Positions 10,048 to 18,987 of a DNA stretch of 64,000 nucleotides are shown here, one piece after another; within the stretch, counting starts at the first letter, position 1, and each line of letters opens with the position of its first letter. The translations under genes were made by a program, and so were the position numbers. Below the pieces are notes generated by a model. It was given only the letters and a program-made list of their open reading frames with translations. It did no database searches and was not told the origin of the DNA. Source of the DNA: an uncultured Candidatus Saccharibacteria bacterium (GTDB lineage Bacteria; Patescibacteriota; Doudnabacteria; UBA920; O2-02-FULL-48-8); the NCBI GenBank assembly GCA_964605735.1, contig CAZSDS010000001.1, positions 340,813 to 404,812 on the forward strand, in the 5' to 3' direction.

Positions 10048-10926
10048 TTATTCATGCTCTCCTCTGATTCTTCCGCCAAGTGTCCTTAATTCCTCAAGCG
10101 CTTTTTTGGCCTGCTCGCCTTTTTTAGGCGCACCCGGAACATCTGATGCATCCGGCGGCACTCCATGCCATTCGTATCTGTATTCCATAAAATCAACGCC
10201 TTTGCCCGGAATAGTATGCGCTATTATCATAGTCGGATTTTCGTAAATGGCTTTGGCTTTGTTGCAGGCATCAATAATCTCCCTCATATTGTGCCCGTCA
10301 ACGTTGATCACAGTCCAGCCAAAAGACTCCCACTTTTCACGATACGGTTCCAGCGGCATAACATCTTCAGTGTAACCATCTATCTGAATATTGTTTCGGT
10401 CAACAATAGCAGTAAGATTTCGCAAATTATTTTTTCCGGCGAACATTGCCGCTTCCCAAACCTGTCCTTCCTGGGTCTCACCATCACCCATGACGCAATA
10501 CACTCGCCATGATTTTTTATCCACTTTCAAACCGGTATATGCCATGCCCACTGCCTGTGATATTCCCTGGCCAAGCGGTCCGGAAGAATTCTCAACTCCC
10601 GGCAAAACTTCATTATGCGGATGCCCGTGCAATCTTGTGCCAAGCTTGCGCAAAGTAGCCAATTCTTGTATCGGGAAAAATCCGGCATGCGCTAAAGTTG
10701 CATACCAGACAGGGCAGATATGCCCAGCAGACAAAACAAATCTGTCTCTGTTAGGCATTTCAGGGTTTTTTGGGTCGTAATTCATGATGCCGCCAAAGTA
10801 TAAGGCTGTAAACACGTCAGCCATGCCCAACGGCCCGGCACTGTGGCCGGACTTGGCCGCAACAAGCATCTTGATGATGTCTTGTCTGATTTCGTTTGCT
10901 TTTGTTTCTAGTTCTCTAATGTTCAT
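10048..10926 (-). CDS. transketolase, N-terminal subunit
   Basis: SGHSAG, RDRFVLSAGH, GPLGQG, GDGETQEG..WEA (TPP motif). Confidence 0.95.
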   Translation of the reverse strand: MNIRELETKANEIRQDIIKMLVAAKSGHSAGPLGMADVFTALYFGGIMNYDPKNPEMPNRDRFVLSAGHICPVWYATLAHAGFFPIQELATLRKLGTRLHGHPHNEVLPGVENSSGPLGQGISQAVGMAYTGLKVDKKSWRVYCVMGDGETQEGQVWEAAMFAGKNNLRNLTAIVDRNNIQIDGYTEDVMPLEPYREKWESFGWTVINVDGHNMREIIDACNKAKAIYENPTMIIAHTIPGKGVDFMEYRYEWHGVPPDASDVPGAPKKGEQAKKALEELRTLGGRIRGEHE

Positions 10927-11219
10927 GTGATAAATTCGGAAATAATGTTAGCGATGTAATAAGAAATTATCCAGGAAAACGGGAATATGCTTAATACTGA
11001 TGAACCAATTAGTGATCTTCTCCAAAAAATTTTATGAATTGGAACAAGGGAATATATCAGCAAGCCTGTTAACCCGAGAATTGTTCCAATCACTGTCAAT
11101 GCATGCGTGGAAACATCACGATCCCCTTTTGATAATGCAGTGAACAGGGACATGTCCAAAAGTACTCCTGCCTGCACTATTATCATGAACAAAGGTAAAA
11201 TTCGTTCTCTGTTTCTCAT
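10923..11219 (-). CDS. small 3-TM membrane protein
   Basis: Hydrophobic; ATGA-type overlap with the transketolase N subunit. Confidence 0.6.
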   Translation of the reverse strand: MRNRERILPLFMIIVQAGVLLDMSLFTALSKGDRDVSTHALTVIGTILGLTGLLIYSLVPIHKIFWRRSLIGSSVLSIFPFSWIISYYIANIISEFIT

Positions 11220-11222
11220 TTG

Positions 11223-11876
11223 TCAGTTTATTTCTGCGACCAATTCCTCAATTGCCTGTTTTGGATGCTCAGCTTTGACTATTGCTGAACCGGCAATTAT
11301 CCAATCTGCTCCGGCTTCTGCTATTTGTTTCGCTGTCCCGATTTTTGCGCCTCCATCTACGCAAATTATTACACTTTTCATGAGTTTTTTCAATTCTCTG
11401 ATCTTGTCCAGAGTTTCATATTCAAACGGCCTGCCCTGAGCGCCAGGATGCACACCCATCAGCTGAATCATATCAACGCGTTTGAGAAACAAAGCAATCT
11501 GATACGGCTTGGTTTCCGGATTTATGGCCAATCCAACTTTCAACCCAAGTTTGCGCGCTGCATCGATGACATCATCAATGTCGGTTTTCAGATGAAAAGC
11601 CTCATAGTGAATAATCACCCATTTGAAACCGAGCACTTTACAGTGGCTGAAATACTGGTCCGGTTCATAGGTCATAAAATGTGCCATCAGCTCAAACGGG
11701 GCATTCGTCATTTTTGGCAGATCATCAGGCATAACGGTTTTGTTGGGCAGAAACTCGCCATCAACGAAATCTATATGCATTTTTTTGAAATAGTGCCCCA
11801 ATGCAAAAAGTTCCGCATATTTCTTGCGGAAATCTGAGATATCATTGGTTAAAATTGCCGGGATAATTTCTGCCAT
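11223..11876 (-). CDS. rpe: ribulose-phosphate 3-epimerase
   Basis: HIDFVDG, AHFM, MGVHPG and VDGG motifs. Confidence 0.92.
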   Translation of the reverse strand: MAEIIPAILTNDISDFRKKYAELFALGHYFKKMHIDFVDGEFLPNKTVMPDDLPKMTNAPFELMAHFMTYEPDQYFSHCKVLGFKWVIIHYEAFHLKTDIDDVIDAARKLGLKVGLAINPETKPYQIALFLKRVDMIQLMGVHPGAQGRPFEYETLDKIRELKKLMKSVIICVDGGAKIGTAKQIAEAGADWIIAGSAIVKAEHPKQAIEELVAEIN

Positions 11877-11879
11877 GGA

Positions 11880-12479
11880 TTAGTAGTTATACCAATCACC
11901 AGGATCTATGTCCTGCTTAACGTCATTATTATTAATTTCTACCACGATTGGCGCATGAGATTCGCATTTCACGTTTAACCCACACGTAACAAACTCCGAA
12001 TAATAAGCACTCATACCTCTACCAATCGCATAAACATAATACTTGCCTGTCGGGACTTCAACCTCGTAATCAGCTTGGTTGTAAGCTGTTTCAATACAAA
12101 TCTTTTCCTCGGAAATCAAATTGTCAGCACAAATAGTCATTGGCGGTATTCCCTCGCTTGGATATGACAATTTGCCTTTAATAACACCCTTGCCTTGTGT
12201 TGGGACTTGATTCACTTGTTCCCACCCCTCCGGCACATCACACGGCGTTGGAAATTCCTTAACTTCCCCAGTTTCTGGATTCCGAGCAGAAGTTATCACC
12301 TGAATACAAACACGCGCCTCTTCCGGGCCTGAATATTCCAGCTGATAGATGAACGCCACAGCCAGCAAAAAAGCAAAAGCTAAAAACGCATAACCCCACA
12401 GGTAATGACTGGCAAACCAATTCGGTTTATTGTCTGGCGGCTGCACTTGCGGCAACTGCGTGTTCATGCGGTTCATCAT
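11880..12479 (-). CDS. membrane-anchored Cys-containing protein (paralog of 5045..5752)
   Basis: One TM, CIQVITSARNPETGEVKEFPTPCDVPEGW, then a beta-rich domain ending DPGDWY. Confidence 0.8.
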   Translation of the reverse strand: MMNRMNTQLPQVQPPDNKPNWFASHYLWGYAFLAFAFLLAVAFIYQLEYSGPEEARVCIQVITSARNPETGEVKEFPTPCDVPEGWEQVNQVPTQGKGVIKGKLSYPSEGIPPMTICADNLISEEKICIETAYNQADYEVEVPTGKYYVYAIGRGMSAYYSEFVTCGLNVKCESHAPIVVEINNNDVKQDIDPGDWYNY

Positions 12480-12928
12480 CAGAGATTTATGTCGATCTTT
12501 TTTACTTTATCGATTCGCCTCTTAAAACGCGGCTCAGAATTAAACGGAGTGGTCAAAAATGTATGCACAATTTTCTTGGCATTATCAATGGTCAGATAAT
12601 CCGACGGCAAGCACAAAATATTTGCGTCATCATCATTTCGGGCGGCCTGCGCAGACTGCTCATTCCAGGCTAAAGCTGCGCGCGCACCTTTTGCCTTGTT
12701 TGCCACAATGCACACTCCCTGCCCTGACCGGCAAACCAAGATCCCAAAAGTGTACGGCTCACTGCCAACCTTTGTGGCCACAGGCCAGGCGTAGTCCGGG
12801 TAATCGTCGTCGCTTTTATAGTCAAAAGCCCCCAGATCCTTTGGTTCAAAATGCCATTCCCTCAGCCACTTTATGACTTCATTTTTCAGTTTTATCCCTC
12901 CATGGTCAGCGCCTAGATATACTGTCAT
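12479..12928 (-). CDS. rpiB: ribose-5-phosphate isomerase B
   Basis: GADHGG, DDDYPD and CRSGQG motifs; start set to MTVYLG, which overlaps the tpiA stop. Confidence 0.93.
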   Translation of the reverse strand: MTVYLGADHGGIKLKNEVIKWLREWHFEPKDLGAFDYKSDDDYPDYAWPVATKVGSEPYTFGILVCRSGQGVCIVANKAKGARAALAWNEQSAQAARNDDDANILCLPSDYLTIDNAKKIVHTFLTTPFNSEPRFKRRIDKVKKIDINL

Positions 12929-13707
12929 GTTTTTCTGTGAATTGATTCCCTTGCAAATTCCTTCATTATCTCCCAAAAATTTTCAGCATCCAAAGAAGCC
13001 CCGCCCACAAGCGCCCCGTCAATCTCCGGAAATGAAGCGAACTCATGGACATTTGCTTTGTTTACAGTCCCGCCGTAAAGAATTTTCATATGCGCGGCGT
13101 GTCCTTTACCAACTTTTTTCGCGAGCAGATTTCTTATATGGCTAATCAATTGCGCAGCATGCTCGCCGGTTGCGGGGAATGAATTCTTCATGGTGGAAAT
13201 GGCCCAGAACGGCTCATATGCAAAAACTATTTTACCTATCTGGTCGCGGTTAAACCCCTTAACCGCCGCATTGAACTGTTTGTTAACAACTTTCTTCATG
13301 TCCTGCATTTTGGCCTTTTCCTCGCCACCCAGGCAAATCACCGGACGGATGTGGTGCTTCAAAATTGCCGCAACTTTACGATTAACATCCTTATCAGTTT
13401 CCCCAAAATACAGGCGGCGCTCTGAATGGCCAAGAATGACATATTCCACTCCCCGCCCTTTCAGTTGGGCAGCGGAAATTTCTCCAGTAAACGCCCCAGC
13501 CTCAGCCCAAGCCACATTTTGCGCACCCAGCTTAACTTGATGCACATGGTGATAGAACGGAGCCAGAAAAATTGCCGGAGGGCAAATTACCACCTCTGCG
13601 TGCGAGTTCACTGAGTACATGCGATGCTCTACAGCCAAAAGCAGGGCACGGGCCTGCTCCATTGTTTCCGGATTCATTTTCCAATTGGCTATGATGAGCT
13701 TTTTCAT
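12925..13707 (-). CDS. tpiA: triosephosphate isomerase
   Basis: ANWKM, GHSERR, AYEPFWAI and LVGGASL motifs. Confidence 0.97.
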   Translation of the reverse strand: MKKLIIANWKMNPETMEQARALLLAVEHRMYSVNSHAEVVICPPAIFLAPFYHHVHQVKLGAQNVAWAEAGAFTGEISAAQLKGRGVEYVILGHSERRLYFGETDKDVNRKVAAILKHHIRPVICLGGEEKAKMQDMKKVVNKQFNAAVKGFNRDQIGKIVFAYEPFWAISTMKNSFPATGEHAAQLISHIRNLLAKKVGKGHAAHMKILYGGTVNKANVHEFASFPEIDGALVGGASLDAENFWEIMKEFARESIHRKT

Positions 13708-13708
13708 T

Positions 13709-14731
13709 TTATTTTGTCTTTTTTTCGTGGTCCATGGGCAGACGCAACAGATCTGCGGCAGTCTCAGGCATGATCGTGTTCACGTAAACGTCAGACCCAA
13801 GTTCGAATCCGCCCCAAACATTAAGTCTTGGTAGGATCTCCAGATGCCAGTGGTAGCTGTTCAAATCATACCTGGTCATGACCCGGTGTGAAATCGGCAA
13901 AGTGTGGATGTAGTAATTATACGCCGGATTATTCAATTTGTAATATAGTTTTTGCAATGTCTGCTTTAAAACACGGCCCAGCGCCTTGCGCTCCTCATCC
14001 GTAACTTCAGTAAAATTGGCCATATGCCGCTTTGGAATGATGCGCAAAGCGTAGGGCACTCGAGCCGCAAACGGACAAAAAACCAAAAAGTCCTCATCAT
14101 CAATTACCACACGTTCTTTGTCAGACAACTCTTTCATGATCATTTGGCAGTACACACATGATCCATTCTGCTGATAGTACATATAACTGCCAGTCACTTC
14201 CTCATGCAGATGTTCCGGGACAAAAGGAGTGGCAAAAATCTGGGAATGGGGATGGAGTAAAGAAGCGCCGCCAGCTTTCCCGTGGTTTTGTAAAATATGG
14301 ATATAACGAACCTCCGGATGGCCGCTTAACTCTTTTATGCGTTGTTGATAGCTAAACAGGTTGGCATCCATGATATCATCGGACAAAAAGCCTGTCAGGA
14401 CATTGTGCTCACGCGTGATAATCACCTCATGGTCACCGATCCCCTCCCTGACATTGTAAAAATCCGTTTTCTTCCTTCCTCCGGCATGCCCCAAAGCCTC
14501 AAACTTATTTGGAATTACCCGGACCTTCCAGTCCTTCCCTTCAGGGAACGAGATAATTTCCAAATTGTAACCTTCATTACCTGGGCAAAATACGCACTTT
14601 GAATCACAGACAGGCAATCCTGCAGGATCTGGACTGGCCGGCTCTTGCCCGAAGTCCTCCGGTCGTTTGCTCCTGTTTGGGGCAAACAGAACCCAGTGAT
14701 GGGATACTATATCTTGTCTAAATTCGCTCAA
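13709..14731 (-). CDS. galT: GalT-family hexose-1-phosphate uridylyltransferase
   Basis: CVFCPGNE, VIPNKF, GASLLHPHSQ (HPH) and GGFELG motifs. Confidence 0.88.
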   Translation of the reverse strand: MSEFRQDIVSHHWVLFAPNRSKRPEDFGQEPASPDPAGLPVCDSKCVFCPGNEGYNLEIISFPEGKDWKVRVIPNKFEALGHAGGRKKTDFYNVREGIGDHEVIITREHNVLTGFLSDDIMDANLFSYQQRIKELSGHPEVRYIHILQNHGKAGGASLLHPHSQIFATPFVPEHLHEEVTGSYMYYQQNGSCVYCQMIMKELSDKERVVIDDEDFLVFCPFAARVPYALRIIPKRHMANFTEVTDEERKALGRVLKQTLQKLYYKLNNPAYNYYIHTLPISHRVMTRYDLNSYHWHLEILPRLNVWGGFELGSDVYVNTIMPETAADLLRLPMDHEKKTK

Positions 14732-15257
14732 TCTTTTGTGTAAATTTGAATGTTTCCACTATCTTGCTGAACATCGAGCCCTTGCCTCGTAAAACCAACA
14801 ACCTGTCGCCCTCTTTGACCAAAATTATTTCTTCCGGCTGTTCTGTCCCCTGGGAAATCATTGTTGCGTTTAATCCGCCAACTCTGACCTGTCTTTCCTC
14901 TGTTCTGAACAAAGACTCCTTGACTGCACGCTCCTCAGATTCAGGATACAAACTGACCTTAAAGTATTCATTTACGTCCGTAGGACTGACAAAACTGATA
15001 GTATTCCCGGCTTCCGATTCCAGCCCCCAATTTTTTGGATATTTAAAGGAAAAACCTGACGGATGGTTAAACGAAGCCCAGGTGCGCGTACCCGTGGTTT
15101 CAGCCATCTGGTTCTGAAAATATATTTCGCTGATCTGAATCTGGGCGATCAAAGCCGAGCACACCAAAACAGCGATGGCGATCGTCCAGACCAACCAGCG
15201 ATTATCGTGAATTTTTATTTTATGCGGATGCCTCCACTTTGTTTTTCTTTTTGCCAT
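14718..15257 (-). CDS. membrane-anchored PsbP-like protein
   Basis: Basic/His N-tail, one TM, SGFSFKYPKNW, C-terminal FSKIVETFKF. Confidence 0.75.
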   Translation of the reverse strand: MAKRKTKWRHPHKIKIHDNRWLVWTIAIAVLVCSALIAQIQISEIYFQNQMAETTGTRTWASFNHPSGFSFKYPKNWGLESEAGNTISFVSPTDVNEYFKVSLYPESEERAVKESLFRTEERQVRVGGLNATMISQGTEQPEEIILVKEGDRLLVLRGKGSMFSKIVETFKFTQKIERI

Positions 15258-15280
15258 TTTTGTTTCCGATTAATTTGTTT

Positions 15281-15688
15281 TTAAGTTTTTTTATCCAGGT
15301 ACTGCTGGAGAAGTATTGCGGCGGCAATGTTATCCTTTATGCTTCTTTGATCCTTCTCTTTTATTTGTTGTTCCTGCAGAGACTTGCCAGAAGCAACACT
15401 GGAGAATCTTTCGTCCACGTATTCAACCTTAAGTCCGGTTTTTTTGTTCAGTTCTTCGCCAAACTGCTGGGCTTTCTTCGCCGACTCACCCATTTCTCCC
15501 TGCAAGGATAAAGGCAACCCTATGATAATCTTTTCGATTTCATACTCTCCCGCCAGTTTCTGGATTTCTGACACAGCAACTTTTGTCTCAAGTGTATGCT
15601 GAAGGGGAAAAGCTAATTTTTGCTCCTCATCAGTCATGGCCACGCCAACTCTGACCGTCCCCCAATCAACGCTCATTAATCTGCTCAT
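15281..15688 (-). CDS. ruvX: YqgF/RuvX family nuclease
   Basis: SVDWGTVRVGVA, IIGLP, VDERFSS and DNIAAAILLQ motifs. Confidence 0.93.
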   Translation of the reverse strand: MSRLMSVDWGTVRVGVAMTDEEQKLAFPLQHTLETKVAVSEIQKLAGEYEIEKIIIGLPLSLQGEMGESAKKAQQFGEELNKKTGLKVEYVDERFSSVASGKSLQEQQIKEKDQRSIKDNIAAAILLQQYLDKKT

Positions 15689-15691
15689 TTA

Positions 15692-16948
15692 TTATTGTGT
15701 TTCGCCTAAGGTCACAGCGACTTCTTTTTCGCTTCCGCCGCTTAAAATCTTCATCCGAACGGTGTCACCTGGGCTGTAATTTTTCAAAATACCCGCCAAG
15801 CTGTGGTCTTTGTTAACCCGCTGTCCATTTATCTCCAAAATTATGTCATTCTCTTTGATACCCGCTTTGGAAGCGGCGGAATTTGCCACAACAGCCGGCT
15901 GGTTGCCGCTGGCCACCACCCAAGCTCCATAATTCACGCTTAAATTACTTTCCTCTTTGATGGCATCATTAACCAGAACATACCTTACCCCCAAAAACGG
16001 CTTAACAATCTTTCCAAATTTCTCAAAGCTGGCCAGATCAAGTTTCAAATCGTTCACTGGAATGGCAAAACCAACAAGCTGGCCCTGAGCGTCAATTGCC
16101 GTGTTAATGCCTATCACAGAACCGCCAATATCAAGGAGCGGTCCGCCCGAATTGCCTGGGTTAATGGCGGCATCAGTCTGGATTACACCCTCCAATTGTT
16201 CTGAACCACTACTGCCTGTTGCCGTAATTGTCCTTCCAATTCCTGAAACAACACCTGTGGTTACGGTGTTCTGGTACTGAGCCAGGGAATTTCCAATTGC
16301 AATGACGCGCTGTCCGATTTCAAGTTTGGAAGAATCGCCCAGCGGCAAAGTTGGGAAGCCGGAACCCTCAATCTTGACCAAAGCCAGATCATTTACAGGA
16401 TCACGGGACAGGACTTTAGCGTCATGGGTTTTCCCGTCTGTGGTCAAAACAGTGTAGCTGGCTTCTTCGTCGCTGACCACGTGTTTATTTGTAACAATCA
16501 AGCCCTCCGCCGTGATAAGAAATCCGGTTCCGCCGCCAACCTGCTGGATGTTGGGCGAAGAATCGTTATTGCGGGAATTAAAGAAAGGGTCAAAGCTGAA
16601 CGGCCCAAAATCAAATGGAGATGAAGAATACCCCGGAATCTTGTTGAGGTCTTTTGAAACAATGATCGAAACCACGGCTGGAGAGGCGCGCTTCACTACA
16701 TCTATCACTGCAGATTGCTCATCAACCTGAACTGTTTTAATTTCATCAAGATCCCCGCTCAGGCGGTTTCCCCTGTCATAAAGAGGAGCCAGATAAACTG
16801 AGCCAATCACACTGCCGCCCATGCCAAAAATAAAGCTCAGCAAAATCACTATCGTGAGCATTTTAGACCTTTCTTGTCTGTGGACAAGGTCTCCGGTCAA
16901 ACTTTTTTCTTGTATATTGGTATTTTTTTCTTCGGAATTTGATCCCAT
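15692..16948 (-). CDS. htrA: HtrA/DegP serine protease with PDZ domain
   Basis: One TM, TNKHVV, QTDAAINPGNSGGPL; GGAGG SD before ATG 16948. Confidence 0.95.
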   Translation of the reverse strand: MGSNSEEKNTNIQEKSLTGDLVHRQERSKMLTIVILLSFIFGMGGSVIGSVYLAPLYDRGNRLSGDLDEIKTVQVDEQSAVIDVVKRASPAVVSIIVSKDLNKIPGYSSSPFDFGPFSFDPFFNSRNNDSSPNIQQVGGGTGFLITAEGLIVTNKHVVSDEEASYTVLTTDGKTHDAKVLSRDPVNDLALVKIEGSGFPTLPLGDSSKLEIGQRVIAIGNSLAQYQNTVTTGVVSGIGRTITATGSSGSEQLEGVIQTDAAINPGNSGGPLLDIGGSVIGINTAIDAQGQLVGFAIPVNDLKLDLASFEKFGKIVKPFLGVRYVLVNDAIKEESNLSVNYGAWVVASGNQPAVVANSAASKAGIKENDIILEINGQRVNKDHSLAGILKNYSPGDTVRMKILSGGSEKEVAVTLGETQ

Positions 16949-17023
16949 ATATGCCTCCAATTACCCATTAATTATAACACAAACTAATCACCCAAACCAA
17001 ATTTTTTCTTGGCGGTTAACAAA

Positions 17024-17788
17024 CTAAGTTGTTGTGATAATTTCACAACCGGCCTTAGTCACAAGTACAGTATGTTCAAAATGAGCCGAAGGAAGTCCGT
17101 CATATGTTCGGACAGTCCAGCCGTCCCGGTCAAAAATTATACGCCCTTTACCCATATTAACCATTGGTTCAATGGCAATAACCAATCCTTCTTGCACCTG
17201 CGGTCCTGTTCCGGGAATGCCAAAGCACGGGACATCTGGTTCTTCGTGGACGCTATTGCCAACGCCGTGCCCCACCAATTCTCTAACAACCTGAAATCCG
17301 TAATATTTCACGGTACTTTCAATGGCATGTCCGATGTTCCCTGTGAATGCCCCTGCTTTCACCACCTTCAGGGCGTTTTCCAGGCTTAACTTGGTCACAT
17401 CAATCAAATTCAAATATTTTTTGTCGACTTGCCCGACCGGCACTGTAATTGCCGCGTCAGTGTAAACCCCACGGTACTCCACGCCCAAATCCAAAGAAAC
17501 AATGTCGCCATTGCGTAAAATTTTGGTTTTTTTGGGTATGCCGTGAACTATTTCGCTGTTTACGGATACGCATAAACTTGCAGGGAAGGGGGTATCTTGC
17601 GGCGAAGATTTGTAGTTTTTAAAAGAGGGTGAAGCGCCTCGTCCTTTTATCTCCCGTTCAGCCAACTGGTCAAGGTCATAGGCGGAAATCCCCGGTTCAA
17701 CCCTGCTTGCGACCAGATTTAAAACTTCGGCCAGAATTTGTCCGCTTTTTTTCAGAGTTTCGAGTTGTTTGTCGTCCTTGATGATCAT
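17024..17788 (-). CDS. map: type I methionine aminopeptidase
   Basis: HGIP, DLG, TDAA, GHGVG, AIEPM and HFEHT motifs. Confidence 0.97.
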   Translation of the reverse strand: MIIKDDKQLETLKKSGQILAEVLNLVASRVEPGISAYDLDQLAEREIKGRGASPSFKNYKSSPQDTPFPASLCVSVNSEIVHGIPKKTKILRNGDIVSLDLGVEYRGVYTDAAITVPVGQVDKKYLNLIDVTKLSLENALKVVKAGAFTGNIGHAIESTVKYYGFQVVRELVGHGVGNSVHEEPDVPCFGIPGTGPQVQEGLVIAIEPMVNMGKGRIIFDRDGWTVRTYDGLPSAHFEHTVLVTKAGCEIITTT

Positions 17789-18347
17789 TGATAAATTTCT
17801 GGATATCAGCGGCTACTGCATTGATACTGCGATGGCCGTCCACTGACCTGAGCTTCCCCTGTGATTTAAAGTAATTTAAAGTTTTCGCTACCTGCAACCT
17901 ATACATATTAATCCTATTTTCGACATATTTCCAGTCCTGGTCGTCGCGCATCCGCTTAAGAGATCTTTTTTTGACTTCAGAGGCGGGAAGGCTGATGCCA
18001 ATAACCAGATAGTCGCGGTCCCGCTGTTTGAGCAGTTTTGTCAGAAGCTGGGCTTCAGGCTTCAGCCGCGGATTGCCTATGAACAGCAAATCTTCATTTC
18101 TTCGTGCGGCCGCAAGCTGTTTTGTGATGAACTCCTTCATCAGTTTAACCGGAGCGGCTTGGCCTTTGCTGAATGTCCTGCGCAAAAGTTCGCCAACGGC
18201 GTTTTTTTGTTTGGCCATCTTCCGCCAGTGCTTTCCTGACTCAACAGGACGCATCTTGTATTTTTTTCTCAGTATGAGAGCTTGCGTGTCTTTCCCGGCC
18301 GCCGGCGCTCCCAACAGTATCACATCAAATCCTAACTTGGTGGCCAT
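17697..18347 (-). CDS. divergent adenylate/NMP kinase
   Basis: P-loop GAPAAGKDT; IGNPR in place of DGFPR; RDD. Confidence 0.8.
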   Translation of the reverse strand: MATKLGFDVILLGAPAAGKDTQALILRKKYKMRPVESGKHWRKMAKQKNAVGELLRRTFSKGQAAPVKLMKEFITKQLAAARRNEDLLFIGNPRLKPEAQLLTKLLKQRDRDYLVIGISLPASEVKKRSLKRMRDDQDWKYVENRINMYRLQVAKTLNYFKSQGKLRSVDGHRSINAVAADIQKFINDHQGRQTTRNSEKKRTNSGRSFKSGRKQG

Positions 18348-18912
18348 GGTCGAGTTTCTTTAAGATGTCTGCGTGCACTTTTTCTATGCTTTGATCGCCG
18401 TTAATGCGAATCAGGCAGTGCTGTCGGTCAAAATAGTCAAGCAGCGGGTACGTCTTTTCATCATACTCCTTGAAACGAATGTCTATCACTTCCGGGTTGT
18501 CATCTGCGCGCGAATCAGCCCTTTTCAAAAGCCTTTGCAAAACATGGGATTTAGGCACATCAATGTAAATTGCTTTAACCCGGTCAACCTTGTACTTTGA
18601 GATGCCTTCGTCCAAAATTTTTATCTGATGGATATCCCTTGGGAATCCGTCCAGAACCAAACCCTCCGCTTTAGGCAAGCTTTTTAGCTTATCGTGGAAA
18701 ATTTTTCTGATCCAATCATCCGGGATAATATGGCCTTTATCTATAAATTTTTTAATGTCTTTGGCTCGCTCATCTTTTGCCTTGGAAACTTCCCGCAGGG
18801 TTTGCCCCAAACTTAAGTAATTATAGTTTAATATCGGAGCAAGCAATTTCCCCTGCGTGCCCTTTCCGGAACCTGGCGGACCTATCAAAATAAGAAAGTT
18901 TTTTATTTTCAT
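18325..18912 (-). CDS. adk: adenylate kinase (short-LID type)
   Basis: GPPGSGKGTQ, LDGFPR and RADD motifs; follows secY. Confidence 0.9.
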   Translation of the reverse strand: MKIKNFLILIGPPGSGKGTQGKLLAPILNYNYLSLGQTLREVSKAKDERAKDIKKFIDKGHIIPDDWIRKIFHDKLKSLPKAEGLVLDGFPRDIHQIKILDEGISKYKVDRVKAIYIDVPKSHVLQRLLKRADSRADDNPEVIDIRFKEYDEKTYPLLDYFDRQHCLIRINGDQSIEKVHADILKKLDHGHQVRI

Positions 18913-18952
18913 CTTCTTTATTATAACAGCTTTCACCGGCAATAAAAATATA

Positions 18953-18978
18953 AAAACCCCGCTTTGAGAGCGGGGTTT
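18953..18978 (-). terminator. intrinsic terminator after secY
   Basis: aaaaccccgct-ttgag-agcggggttt hairpin. Confidence 0.8.
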
Positions 18979-18987
18979 ATGGTCTGA

